Of a stretch of 59,218 nt of DNA, positions 40,760 through 51,040 are shown one piece after another. A program made the translations under genes and the position numbers. Origin of the DNA: an uncultured archaeon (GTDB lineage Archaea; Asgardarchaeota; Lokiarchaeia; Sigyniarchaeales; SOKP01); contig CAZOYD010000017.1 in NCBI GenBank assembly GCA_964583985.1, positions 1 through 59,218 on the forward strand. The letters are read 5' to 3'. Every line of letters begins with the position of its first letter. Positions within the stretch are counted from its first letter, which is position 1. The notes under the pieces were generated by a model that saw only the letters and a program-made list of their open reading frames with translations, had not been told where the DNA came from and did no database searches.

Positions 40760-41014
40760 AACCCTTATATTGATTACTTAATTTAAGCAATCTTAGAATT
40801 TGTAGGCTTAGGTCCCAAAATTTCTTTCCTAATACCTAATCTTATGATACTTTTTATAGTTTGGTGATTTTTAATTTTGAAATATAAACTCCTGTTCTAT
40901 CTGTCACATCAGGGCAATTAACGAAGTGAATAGAGGTGTAGAGGTGTTTTAATACCCGTTTTAAAAAATTTGGGACTAAAATCTTGATTCACTTGGAAAT
41001 ATAAAAAGATCAAT

Positions 41015-41280
41015 TTAACCAAGGGCAAGATCAATCTCTGCTTCTAGATGTATTTTTAGAGTATTAAATAATAGTGTTAATATCTTCTTGTTTTATTAGC
41101 AATGGAATTTCAGTACAACCCATTATAACTCCTTAAGCTCTTTTCGAAGTTAACAGAGCATAAGAACAATCTTGCGGAATTCCAACCACCTAATCTCTCT
41201 TTAACTAATATATTAATGAGCTTATAATATTCAATAGTACTTTCCCAACTCATTCCGCCAATCAATCCTAAAGTTTTCAT
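41015..41280 (-). pseudogene. Aspartate/glutamate racemase pseudogene (large internal deletion plus frameshifts)
   Basis: MKTLGLIGGMSWESTIEYYKLIN...LGGWNSA...SVNF joined out of frame to GVIMGCTEIPLLIKQED and, after another shift, LFNTLKIHLEAEIDLALG*. Confidence 0.85.
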
Positions 41281-41402
41281 TATCAACACAAATTATTATC
41301 TTATTCAATTTTAGTAATTTATTCAAATAATGGATTATAGATTATTTAAAAATAAAAATAACTTCCTTATAACCATAAAAAAATATAAAAAAAAATGATT
41401 TT

Positions 41403-42044
41403 ATGAAGCTTGACATTAAATTTGTAAAGATATGGAGCTTTTATAGTTTTTTGTTGATGATTAATCTCACCCTTAATATTTTCTTCTGGGATTTTTATTC
41501 TGGATCTGATACGCAAGGATTTGGAGTAATTGATCCGTATTTTGGAATGGGTATGTTTTATGTGTATATGATTGGGTTCTTTAATAGTTTGATCGTCATG
41601 TTAGCAAAATTCATTTATCCAAAGTTTGGAATGGGATTCTTTATTTGGATTCCTTATGCGGTTATTGGATTTTTTGTTGAAGCTTATTTCGAAATGGATG
41701 TATTAATAAATATTTGGGGCGTTATTGGTTATTGCTCGTTCGGTTTAGTAACAGGAATTTCTGCTGATATTAGTTTTTACCTTCTAAAAAATAAGACTAA
41801 GTTAGAGCAAGGCATTGTTTCCGGTATTACTGGAGTTATTATGAGCATTGTCTATTATTTATTAATCTTAATTGCATTAACTTTTTTTTATAAAACGGGG
41901 TCGGGCACAGGATCATTTTTAAACCCTGGCTCTTTTCTTGGAGTTGCTTATTTTGCTTTTCCTTGGATGATAATTAATTCCTTTTTTGGAGGGTTTTCAG
42001 CTTACTACTTGCATGTATATTTCACAAATTCACACAAAAAATGA
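41403..42044 (+). CDS. Integral membrane protein (about 6 TM; possibly ECF S-component-like)
   Basis: Hydrophobic Gly/Phe-rich helices; KFG.G and FGLVTGISAD patterns. Confidence 0.6.
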   Translation: MKLDIKFVKIWSFYSFLLMINLTLNIFFWDFYSGSDTQGFGVIDPYFGMGMFYVYMIGFFNSLIVMLAKFIYPKFGMGFFIWIPYAVIGFFVEAYFEMDVLINIWGVIGYCSFGLVTGISADISFYLLKNKTKLEQGIVSGITGVIMSIVYYLLILIALTFFYKTGSGTGSFLNPGSFLGVAYFAFPWMIINSFFGGFSAYYLHVYFTNSHKK

Positions 42045-42165
42045 TCATTTGAATTACTAACTTTATGATAAATAATCACAAGATTAATTAATATAACACG
42101 ATACAATTCCATTGGTTTTTATGATATAATTTAGATAATAATTATTTTATAATGAGAAAAACGCT

Positions 42166-42615
42166 ATGATGGATGATCAAATTAAAGAAAAAATCTTAAA
42201 AGTAGCAGCTGATTTGGATAATGATTTAGAAAAAATGAATATAGATACACTTCTTACCTATTTTTCTAAAGATTGCGAGATTGAAATGCTTGGGATAACC
42301 TTAACAGGAATATCAGGAGTAAGAAAATGGTTGAGCTGGTTTTTCAAGTCTTTTTCGACAATTAAATTTGAACCCATTATTATAATGGTTGAGGGAGATG
42401 TTTTCTTTGAAGAATTTTATATCCATGGAGTTACACAAAATAATAAGAAACTAACGGGTAAAATTGCTGAAATTCTTGTATATGAAAATTATAAAATTAA
42501 AAATCTAAGGCTCTATTTTGATAGATTAAACTTTGCAGACGCTTCGATTACAGGATTTTTAGAGAAAAAAATCGTAAATTTTATTAAAAATAAGTCTTTA
42601 AAAGACCTGAAATAA
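42166..42615 (+). CDS. NTF2/SnoaL-like protein
   Basis: LLTYFSKDC, G.SGVRKW, MVEGDVFFEE, KIKNLRLYFD. Confidence 0.85.
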   Translation: MMDDQIKEKILKVAADLDNDLEKMNIDTLLTYFSKDCEIEMLGITLTGISGVRKWLSWFFKSFSTIKFEPIIIMVEGDVFFEEFYIHGVTQNNKKLTGKIAEILVYENYKIKNLRLYFDRLNFADASITGFLEKKIVNFIKNKSLKDLK

Positions 42616-42635
42616 TTTTGGGTAAAAGACATTCA

Positions 42636-42684
42636 TTCAATGATGAATTAGAAGAGAAATTAGAAAAATATATTCATCATTGAA
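42636..42684. terminator. Perfect 13-bp inverted repeat between convergent genes (hairpin; possible terminator or stability element)
   Basis: TTCAATGATGAAT (42636-42648) and ATTCATCATTGAA (42672-42684), 23-nt loop. Confidence 0.5.
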
Positions 42685-42720
42685 ATTAAGAGATAAGAAA
42701 ATAAAATTTACTAAAAAAAC

Positions 42721-43857
42721 TTAGTGAGTTTTTCCTGCAGCTCTTTGTGTAAGTAAATCCATCTGACTTTTAACGGGTATGAATTCTCGAACCTTAACTA
42801 AAGCAATAGCCTCTTCGGAGCAATTAGATGCACATAAACCGCATCCTATGCAACGATCCAGGCGAATCTTGATTTCATTATCAGATAAATCTTCTTTATG
42901 GGGCCAATGATGATAAATTGCTCCCATTGGACAAATTTCTAGACATTTTTCACATAAAATGCATTGATCTTGCTGAACTCGGGGTTCAAAATTGGATTTA
43001 GTGATAGCATTATAGTTGTTAAGTTCTTTTACAGATTTTAAAAATCCGCAACAACATGAACAACAATTGCACACAAACGTAGCAGTATCTTGCATATTAA
43101 ACGTTTCATGAACTAAACCTTCCTTTTCTGCCTTTTCCATTACTTCCATCAGTTCATTCAAGGAAACTTCACGTCCAACTCCTTGTTCAATTACCATTTT
43201 TGCCAAGGTTCCTGTGGTAACACAAAAATTTTCATTTGTTTGTTTACAAGGCTCTCCAGCTAACTTTGCAGCATTTCTACAACTACATGGAACGACTGCA
43301 TATATCTTCGGATTAGCTTTTGCTAGATAGTCTTTTAAAATTTCAAAAGGTAAGATTTGATGTTTCAATTCCATTGAATTTTCTAATTCAATCACCTTTT
43401 CCGTGGGTTTTATTGTAGGAATAACGCGATAAATCGTATAATCGCTGGCACTTAATTCATAAGGAGAACCCAATTTAAATAATTCTAAATGTGCTTCTGC
43501 TGCCTTTTTCATTCTCTCGGGATCATCCCGATTAGTGGTGAAATATACTTCAAAACCGCCGGGTAAATAAGGTAACAGGACATATAGGGTACCTAATTTT
43601 ATCAATTTTCCTTTGTAATACATGTTTTCGAGTATCTCTGTTAAATCATCAATAGCTATATTGGATAACCTCGAAATCTTTTTCACGTTCATTGGAACAC
43701 TGACTTTGCTAAAGCTTGAAGTTAATATTTCTGCTTCTTGTTGAGTGAACATGTTTTTTAATAATTTCATAGTTACCTCATGTTTTGGTAAACCGATAAC
43801 ATTCTCGCCTTTACTCAACAATAGACGCAATTTCTCATATAAGTCTGATATAACCAT
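42721..43857 (-). CDS. 4Fe-4S dicluster protein (paralog of 2248..3357)
   Basis: CSCR, CNCCSCCC, CILCEKCLEICP, CIGCGLCASNC. Confidence 0.87.
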   Translation of the reverse strand: MVISDLYEKLRLLLSKGENVIGLPKHEVTMKLLKNMFTQQEAEILTSSFSKVSVPMNVKKISRLSNIAIDDLTEILENMYYKGKLIKLGTLYVLLPYLPGGFEVYFTTNRDDPERMKKAAEAHLELFKLGSPYELSASDYTIYRVIPTIKPTEKVIELENSMELKHQILPFEILKDYLAKANPKIYAVVPCSCRNAAKLAGEPCKQTNENFCVTTGTLAKMVIEQGVGREVSLNELMEVMEKAEKEGLVHETFNMQDTATFVCNCCSCCCGFLKSVKELNNYNAITKSNFEPRVQQDQCILCEKCLEICPMGAIYHHWPHKEDLSDNEIKIRLDRCIGCGLCASNCSEEAIALVKVREFIPVKSQMDLLTQRAAGKTH

Positions 43858-44019
43858 TTTTTAAGTCACTTTTAATTTTATCTAACTTTTACTGATCTCA
43901 ATTATTAGTTTCTTTTAATATGTCCAGAAAAACGCTTAATATCAATAAAAATGTTTAATTTTAATTATTAATCACATGATAATTCCTATTGGTACTTTCT
44001 TCCTTATCCGTTTTAAACC

Positions 44020-46458
44020 TCATTTCCCTTTTTCATATTCTTTCTTTATGAAATCAAGATTTTGTTGAGATGTGAGAAGCATTTGAGGATCTTCTATTTC
44101 TTTATAGATCGTTACAGATCTTTGTAAGAAATCAATGGATTTTTTATAGTCTCTTTTGAATTTATAATAAACCGTACCTAAGTTATTTAACGCTCTAGCA
44201 ATTCCAGGTTTTATCTTTAGCTCTTCCAATATATTGAGGGCTTCGGTATATTTTTTAATACATTCATCGTGCTGCCCCATATCTCCTAAAATTCCTCCAA
44301 TATTGAAGAGTTGTTTTGCTGCTTCATGCATATTTTGTAGCGATTTTGCAATTGCAAATGCTTTCTTGTATTCTTCAAGCGCTTTTTCAAACTCTCTTCT
44401 TGCTTCGTGAATTGATGCTCTATTTCCATAACGCACTGCTAAATGTGTTTTTTCTCCGATCTCCTCAGCAATTCCAATTGATTTATTGAATAACTCGTAA
44501 GCTTTATTATACTCCCTTTTCGCACGGTAAATCAATCCCATATTATTCAAGCTAGTCGCCTGACCCGATAAATCACCTAAATCTTGTCTTATTTTGTAGG
44601 TTTCATTATATATTTTCATCGCATCGTCATTTCTTCCAAGAGTAAAGTAAATCACTCCCATGGCATTACCTGCAAGTGACTTGATTCTTATCCTCTTAAT
44701 CTTATCTGCTGTTTGGTATGCTCGCTCTAAATATTTCAATGCCTCATCGTTATATCCCGCGAGGCTATATATATTACCAATTGTGTTTAAATTTGATGCC
44801 ATATCATCTAAATCTCCGAGTAATTCATCTATTTTAAGAGCTTCAGAAGCATTTTTCAAAGCAAGTTCTAAAAGTCCTTGTGAAGAGTAAATTCCTGCGA
44901 GATTATTATAACATAATGCCTTTCTTGATAAATCTCCCATTATTTCAGCTATTTCAAGAGCCTTTTTGATCTCTTTGATAGCATTTTGAAGATCCCCATT
45001 GGTATTATAAATTACTCCTAAACTATTTAGTAAAGAAAATTTCAACAAATTAGGAGTATTATCATTTATGATATTCGATGCCTCAATCGTATATTTTAAA
45101 GCATTTTTAAAATCAGCTTTTTTCCTGTATAATTCCCCGATATTGATAAGTACTCCAATTTTCTCATTTTCCTGATTTAATCTCTCAATTAGCTGTAATG
45201 CTTGATGCAATTTTTCGAATGCTTTGTCTATTTCACCTTTTGTGGAATAGAGTAATCCTAACGCATTTGTGAAATACATTTCGTTAATATCATTTCTTTC
45301 TTCTTTTGCAAGGGTTAAACCTGTTAATGCAGTTCTTTCAGCATATTGAATTTCACCTAATTCACTATAAATTTCATGAGCAAGCCTATACTTGGAGGAT
45401 GCTGCGGCATTAATATGATTTTTTTCCATGTACTCACTAAAACTGGGAATTTGTTTTGCAGGAGCTTCATTTAAAGTATCAAAATTCTCTTTAAAGATTG
45501 GAGCTAAGCGGTTTTTTACAAAATTAATCGTGTTCGTTTTTATTTTATACACTTCGATATTTCTCGTAATAGCAATTTCTAAAAGCATGTTATCTTGTTT
45601 CGAAAGATCTGAACTTGGCGCGAATTTTAAAGATTTTAATGGATTATAGATAAAAATTTCCTCAGTTTCGAGATTTTGATCATGTTCTATCCAAATCAAC
45701 CTTTTAATACTTGTTAATTCTCTTAACATGGGACCAATATCGAAATCATCGCTACCCGAGTATCCCATGATTACAAGATCTCGGTATTGCATCATAGAAT
45801 CAATTAATCTCTTCTTGTATGGCTCAATAGCAAAAGTCTTACCTTTTTCTCTCTCTTTTCCAAGAGCACTGATGGTAGTAATTAATGAATTCTTAGTATT
45901 TCTACCTTTAATGCAATCCCATTTTGAACCATGTATCTTGACTATCGGAAATTGACCTTTCACGTTTTTCTCATAATCTTCCTTGGTAATAATGATCATG
46001 ACTTTTTTATGATAAGGATGAGTTAAGGGATATGGTGCTAATTTATTTTTCAGCGCCATTTCAAGTAGAAAATCGAAATTTGTCGTTATGACATTACAAT
46101 ATCTCATTGTCATATTTGCTAAAAAGACATGGTTAACATTGGGTTCCTTGACCTCATCTAAATAGTCTAGAAATTTGAGATCTTTATCAAACAAGTTTTC
46201 TATTTTTTCGACAACTAATTCATATCTCAATGAATCTAATCCTAATAAACTGTTGGCTTCATATTTAGGTGCATAATATTTGAATAACTCACTTACAAAC
46301 ATCCTCGCAGATGGAACACAAGAAGGAGGATCCATTGAAATTCCAGCACCAACCAAGAAATTATAGATCCAGTTTTCATTGAATAGGGCGGATATCTTTT
46401 TCAGTTTTTCGGTATCTGGAATTTTTGATATAAAATCTACTGGGTTAGTTTCATTCAT
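44020..46458 (-). CDS. SIR2-like (SIR2_2) domain + tetratricopeptide repeat protein
   Basis: FLVGAGIS, ITTNFD, KIHGS, MGYSGSDDFD; roughly ten TPRs (e.g. ALCYNNLAGIY, ATSLNNMGLIY, ARALNNLGTVY). Confidence 0.9.
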   Translation of the reverse strand: MNETNPVDFISKIPDTEKLKKISALFNENWIYNFLVGAGISMDPPSCVPSARMFVSELFKYYAPKYEANSLLGLDSLRYELVVEKIENLFDKDLKFLDYLDEVKEPNVNHVFLANMTMRYCNVITTNFDFLLEMALKNKLAPYPLTHPYHKKVMIIITKEDYEKNVKGQFPIVKIHGSKWDCIKGRNTKNSLITTISALGKEREKGKTFAIEPYKKRLIDSMMQYRDLVIMGYSGSDDFDIGPMLRELTSIKRLIWIEHDQNLETEEIFIYNPLKSLKFAPSSDLSKQDNMLLEIAITRNIEVYKIKTNTINFVKNRLAPIFKENFDTLNEAPAKQIPSFSEYMEKNHINAAASSKYRLAHEIYSELGEIQYAERTALTGLTLAKEERNDINEMYFTNALGLLYSTKGEIDKAFEKLHQALQLIERLNQENEKIGVLINIGELYRKKADFKNALKYTIEASNIINDNTPNLLKFSLLNSLGVIYNTNGDLQNAIKEIKKALEIAEIMGDLSRKALCYNNLAGIYSSQGLLELALKNASEALKIDELLGDLDDMASNLNTIGNIYSLAGYNDEALKYLERAYQTADKIKRIRIKSLAGNAMGVIYFTLGRNDDAMKIYNETYKIRQDLGDLSGQATSLNNMGLIYRAKREYNKAYELFNKSIGIAEEIGEKTHLAVRYGNRASIHEARREFEKALEEYKKAFAIAKSLQNMHEAAKQLFNIGGILGDMGQHDECIKKYTEALNILEELKIKPGIARALNNLGTVYYKFKRDYKKSIDFLQRSVTIYKEIEDPQMLLTSQQNLDFIKKEYEKGK

Positions 46459-46651
46459 TATTTAGAATCTTTTTTGGTTTTTTTATGAAAAAAACGAATA
46501 CAATGTTAAAAAGTTAATTAATCTCTTTCTTTTTCGAGGTATTTGAAATTCCTCTTAAATAACATGACACTCATAATCCATTCTTCCAATTGGAAAAATT
46601 TTTTTAACTTATAACATTTGATTATTAATAAAATCATGTATCGAAAATATT

Positions 46652-47788
46652 ATGACTGTTAAGTCTAAATTGTTAGAACTAGCAAGTAAAAATGGTACTC
46701 CATTGCTTGTAATTGATCATGAAATAATTAGGAAGAACTATGATCTTTTTTGCTCGAGTCTTCCTCGAGTAAAACCTTATTATGCTATAAAGGCTAATCC
46801 AGAATCAGAAATTGTAAGAACCATGTATAACTTGGGCTCTAGTTTTGATGTAGCATCATGGGAAGAATTTATGATTGTTCAAAACGTAGTTGAAGGGAAT
46901 AGTAAGAGAAAGCGCCAATTTATGAATGAAAAGGTGATCTATGCGAATCCCGTAAAGCGAATTGATTCATTAAAAAGCCTTAACAATTACTTCTTGCAGA
47001 TGACGTTTGATAATGATATTGAAATCGAGAAAATAGCTAAATATTGCGAGAAAAGTCGCTTGATCCTTAGGATAGATGTCCCAAACACGGGTTCGGTTGT
47101 GGAATTATCAACGAAATTTGGAGCACCCCTTAATAAATGTATTGATCTGATAAAACATGCCAACAAGAGAAGCTTTAAGGTTGAAGGTCTAAGTTTTCAT
47201 GTGGGTAGCCAGTGCAGCAATTTTGAGAATTATGTCCATGCCTTTAAAATTGCCCATGATCTTTTCGAACAATCTAAAAAAATAGGAAATGAACTGTCTA
47301 TATTAGATATAGGAGGAGGATTTCCAGTACCTTATGATGATCAAGTACCTCCATTTGAAGAATTATCCAAGACGATTAACGATAATATTGATCAATATTT
47401 TGATAATCCCGAGATAAAAATCATTGCAGAGCCTGGGCGCTTTTTAGTAGCAACAAGCGCAACCTCGGTTGTAGAAATTAATGGCAAAGCATTAAGGAGT
47501 GATAAAACTTATTATTACGTAAATGACGGAGTGTACAATACATTTTCTGGATGTATCTTCGATCACATTCAGTATCATTTTAAAGCTTTTAAAGATGGAG
47601 AGCTAATGGAGAGTGCTGTTGTGGGGCCTACTTGTGATGCGTTAGATAAGATCTCTCTTGAAGAAAAACTACCTGATCTGAATGTAGAAGATCTACTTTA
47701 TTCTGAAAATGTGGGTGCTTATACAAATGCATCAGCTACCCATTTTAATGGATTTCCTCCCGCAAAAATACTCCACATCAACACTTAA
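46652..47788 (+). CDS. Ornithine (or lysine/ornithine) decarboxylase, fold-type III PLP enzyme
   Basis: PYYAIKAN, FDVAS, KFG, SFHVGSQ, LDIGGGF, EPGR, DGVY, GPTCDALD, GAYT. Confidence 0.9.
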   Translation: MTVKSKLLELASKNGTPLLVIDHEIIRKNYDLFCSSLPRVKPYYAIKANPESEIVRTMYNLGSSFDVASWEEFMIVQNVVEGNSKRKRQFMNEKVIYANPVKRIDSLKSLNNYFLQMTFDNDIEIEKIAKYCEKSRLILRIDVPNTGSVVELSTKFGAPLNKCIDLIKHANKRSFKVEGLSFHVGSQCSNFENYVHAFKIAHDLFEQSKKIGNELSILDIGGGFPVPYDDQVPPFEELSKTINDNIDQYFDNPEIKIIAEPGRFLVATSATSVVEINGKALRSDKTYYYVNDGVYNTFSGCIFDHIQYHFKAFKDGELMESAVVGPTCDALDKISLEEKLPDLNVEDLLYSENVGAYTNASATHFNGFPPAKILHINT

Positions 47789-47830
47789 TATCTTCAATAT
47801 AGCTTACTTAAATTACGAGGGATTTCTCCT

Positions 47831-49201
47831 ATGGATGTTCCTAATGATGATGAGAATCTTAAAAAGAAGACAATGCGACTTTCAATTGCAGAAGGTTCTG
47901 TTGGAATATTCAGTAGCATGCTTTCTGATAATTATATTGTACCCTTCGCTCTTAGCATTGAATCTTCACCATTTCAAATTGGAATTTTATCATCTCTTGG
48001 GAATTTACTCTCACCGGTAGGTCAAATTATTGGTTCACGTAGGATTGAGAAACACTCAAGAAAATCAACATTAATGGGTGGTGTTATAGGGATGGGTGCC
48101 ATTTGGCCTTTTTTCTTTTTGATTGCACTAATTTATTCCCTGGGATTATTACACACGATTCTTCCTTGGATTTTAATAGGTTCTTATTTACTTTACATGG
48201 TATTTTCAGGATTTATGAATCCGTCATGGTTTTCAGTGATGGGAGATGTTGTTCCCGAGAACTTCAGGGGAAGATATTTTGCCAAGCGCAACCTTATATC
48301 AAATGCTATTGCATTAAGTGGCACTTTGGGGTTATCTTATCTTTTGGATTGGTTTGATTTCCAAGGGAATATTTTTATTGGATTCACTCTTATTTTTATC
48401 TTTGGATTTTTAACACGTGGAGGGTCTATTTATCTTTTTACAAAGCATTATTATCCTCCATATTACGTTGAGGATGTAGATCACATAAAATTTAGCCAGA
48501 TAATTAAAGAACTCCCAAAGAGTAATTTTGGAAAATTTACTTTGTTTGTTTCCATGTTGACCTTAGGTCAATGGATTGCGGGTCCTTTTTTTTCGGTGTA
48601 CATGTTATCTGAGTTGCATTTCGATTATTCCATTTTTATTCTCATCAATGTATTTTCATCCCTTGTTGCATTATTCATCTTTCCAATATTGGGAAAATTA
48701 TCCGATAAACTTGGAAATGTAAGATTACTCCAAATTGGAGGAATAATCATCCCTCTATTACCTTTATTCTGGATCTTTTTTGATACACCATTAGGAATTC
48801 TTTTAGTACCTCAATTACTTGGTGGAATTGGGTGGACTTCATTTAATTTAGCAACATCAAATTTTATTTATGACAATATTTCTGGAAGAAAGAGAGGTAC
48901 ATATATTGCTTTCTATAGCTTTTTATTAGGCATAGCAATCTTAGTTGGAGGGATGACAGGAAGCGTTATAATCACATTTATCCCCATTACTTTTATGAAT
49001 CGGTATCATTTTCTCTTTTTAGTTTCAGGAATTTTTCGTATAATTGTAGTAATACTGATGTTACCCAAGATAAAAGAAGTTAGAGTAACATCTAAACCAA
49101 TATTAAATCTTAAAAATACGAGCGTTTATAAATGGCTCTATGATTTAACTTTAAGAAATGGAGATAAGATCTCAAAAAAAAATAAAAAAAACGATGAATA
49201 A
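47831..49201 (+). CDS. MFS transporter
   Basis: About 12 TM; W.SVMGDVVPENFRGRYFAKRN, GKLSDKLGN. Confidence 0.85.
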   Translation: MDVPNDDENLKKKTMRLSIAEGSVGIFSSMLSDNYIVPFALSIESSPFQIGILSSLGNLLSPVGQIIGSRRIEKHSRKSTLMGGVIGMGAIWPFFFLIALIYSLGLLHTILPWILIGSYLLYMVFSGFMNPSWFSVMGDVVPENFRGRYFAKRNLISNAIALSGTLGLSYLLDWFDFQGNIFIGFTLIFIFGFLTRGGSIYLFTKHYYPPYYVEDVDHIKFSQIIKELPKSNFGKFTLFVSMLTLGQWIAGPFFSVYMLSELHFDYSIFILINVFSSLVALFIFPILGKLSDKLGNVRLLQIGGIIIPLLPLFWIFFDTPLGILLVPQLLGGIGWTSFNLATSNFIYDNISGRKRGTYIAFYSFLLGIAILVGGMTGSVIITFIPITFMNRYHFLFLVSGIFRIIVVILMLPKIKEVRVTSKPILNLKNTSVYKWLYDLTLRNGDKISKKNKKNDE

Positions 49202-49285
49202 AGCTAAAGCATATTCTTCAAAAGAGTAAATACGAAAAATAGAAAACCAAGAAAATTAATTAGATGGATGTGAGATTTTATATGT

Positions 49286-50218
49286 TTATATTTTCTTTAA
49301 CACGAAGAATAATGCCCCTAACTCACCAATTATTGGTGTAAGTATTGGTACTTCTTCATATTTCTGGTTAAATATGCCAACAATTTCAAATCCAGCTGAT
49401 TTAGCAAATTCTTTGAACTCATCATAGATCCAAAGTCTAAGATCATGAGATTCTTCTATAAGAAGATTTTGTCCATTATCATTGACTTTCATTTTTAAAT
49501 CGACGTGCCGAATTCTTTTCTCTATATCATACCAGTTTATAACCCATTGTACCTCGAGGTCTATGCCATCTTTATTTACATACCATGTATCATCAATTTT
49601 TTTCTCGTTTCTTATGTCTTCACACTTGCAACTCAATTCAACAATATAAAGACCTCCATCATTCAAAGAATTGCTAGTATTCAGAAAATGGGATCTAATA
49701 TCCTCGTCTTTTCTTAAATATCCTAAACTATTTATACATATAAAAGCAGCATCAAATTTCTTGTCAAATTTCCCAGTTATCATATTATCAATAACAGCGT
49801 CAGCGATTTGACAAGAGATATTACTCTTTTGTAGTCTACTCTTAGCTAAATCGATCATAGCAGGGTTTAAATCATATCCTAAGATTGTATATCCATATTT
49901 AGGTATGTGTTCCAAGAACAAACCAGGCCCGCATGCTGGTTCTAACAATCGTTTAATATCATTATTACAATAACGCTTAAAACATTTACTGAAAAATTCT
50001 ATATCACTATCAGCATCTCTAGCAAATGCCAAATCATAATATCTCGATAAATTATAAAATTCATAGAGTTTTTCTTCATCAACATTTGAATCTGTTCTAC
50101 GAGATTCTAAAAAAGGACCTCCATCCACTATTTGAATGCTTTGGTTCATTAATTCATTACAAGGATTAGTGGAATCAATTACAGAACTATTTTTTAAAAA
50201 AATCATATTCTCCAACAT
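49286..50218 (-). CDS. Class I SAM-dependent methyltransferase (start uncertain)
   Basis: YYDLAF, LLEPACGPG, GYDLN, FDAAF, LNDGGLYI. Confidence 0.85.
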   Translation of the reverse strand: MLENMIFLKNSSVIDSTNPCNELMNQSIQIVDGGPFLESRRTDSNVDEEKLYEFYNLSRYYDLAFARDADSDIEFFSKCFKRYCNNDIKRLLEPACGPGLFLEHIPKYGYTILGYDLNPAMIDLAKSRLQKSNISCQIADAVIDNMITGKFDKKFDAAFICINSLGYLRKDEDIRSHFLNTSNSLNDGGLYIVELSCKCEDIRNEKKIDDTWYVNKDGIDLEVQWVINWYDIEKRIRHVDLKMKVNDNGQNLLIEESHDLRLWIYDEFKEFAKSAGFEIVGIFNQKYEEVPILTPIIGELGALFFVLKKI

Positions 50219-50581
50219 TTATAACACCTTACACTTAACATTTTATCTTAAATTGCTTCTATGCATAATTAATAGTAAAATTGCGAAGTAAAATCATATT
50301 TTATTTTTTTTTTCGGAAATCGTCTTAATTCTACGATCTCTTTAATTTAATCATTTGGTTCTAAGTATATTGTAAATGTAATCTGGTATTAAAGTTTTTC
50401 TATTGATTTCTAAAATTTAGAGTTTAATTTTCTAATGAAGATCATGTTAATTCAAAAATCTTGAAACATTAAACTAAAATCCAATTTCAAATAATAATTA
50501 CCTAAAGATAAATAATATGAGAGAAATAATAAGGAAAAATAGAATAAAATCTAAAATCTAGATTTGGAGAATTAGAATATT

Positions 50582-51031
50582 ATGAGTCAAACAGGATTTA
50601 GTTCTTTAAAAATTTATGTTGATGGCGCTTCTCGAGGTAATCCAGGTCCAGCAGCAAGTGCCTTCATCCTCGTGTATAAAAATAAAATTCTTCATGAGGG
50701 GTGCGATTTTATAGGAAAAGCAACCAATAACACAGCCGAATATAAAGCAATTATTAATGCATTAAAATTAGCTCAAGAATATTCTAAAGGACTAATAGAA
50801 CTATATTCTGATAGTAATTTAGCTATACAACAAATCAATCAGAAGTGGAGAATAAATCAACCACACTTGGAGAAATTATATAGAGAAGTACATAAATTTG
50901 CGGGTAAATATGAGAAGGTGGAATTTATTTACGTCAATCGAGATAATCAATTTATATCCATATGTGATCATTTATGCAATCAATGTCTTGATGCTGAAGG
51001 AATTAACTTTTTAAAGAAAAATTCACGGTGA
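50582..51031 (+). CDS. rnhA: Ribonuclease HI (archaeal-type)
   Basis: YVDGASRGNPGPA, TNNTAEY, SDS, CDHLCN. Confidence 0.92.
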   Translation: MSQTGFSSLKIYVDGASRGNPGPAASAFILVYKNKILHEGCDFIGKATNNTAEYKAIINALKLAQEYSKGLIELYSDSNLAIQQINQKWRINQPHLEKLYREVHKFAGKYEKVEFIYVNRDNQFISICDHLCNQCLDAEGINFLKKNSR

Positions 51032-51040
51032 AATGTTATT

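Noticed and set aside
42636-42684. Hairpin as a SECIS element or C/D-box sRNA
   Set aside because: The stem is fully Watson-Crick with no GA quartet, neither flanking gene has an in-frame TGA, and no CTGA D box lies at a suitable distance.
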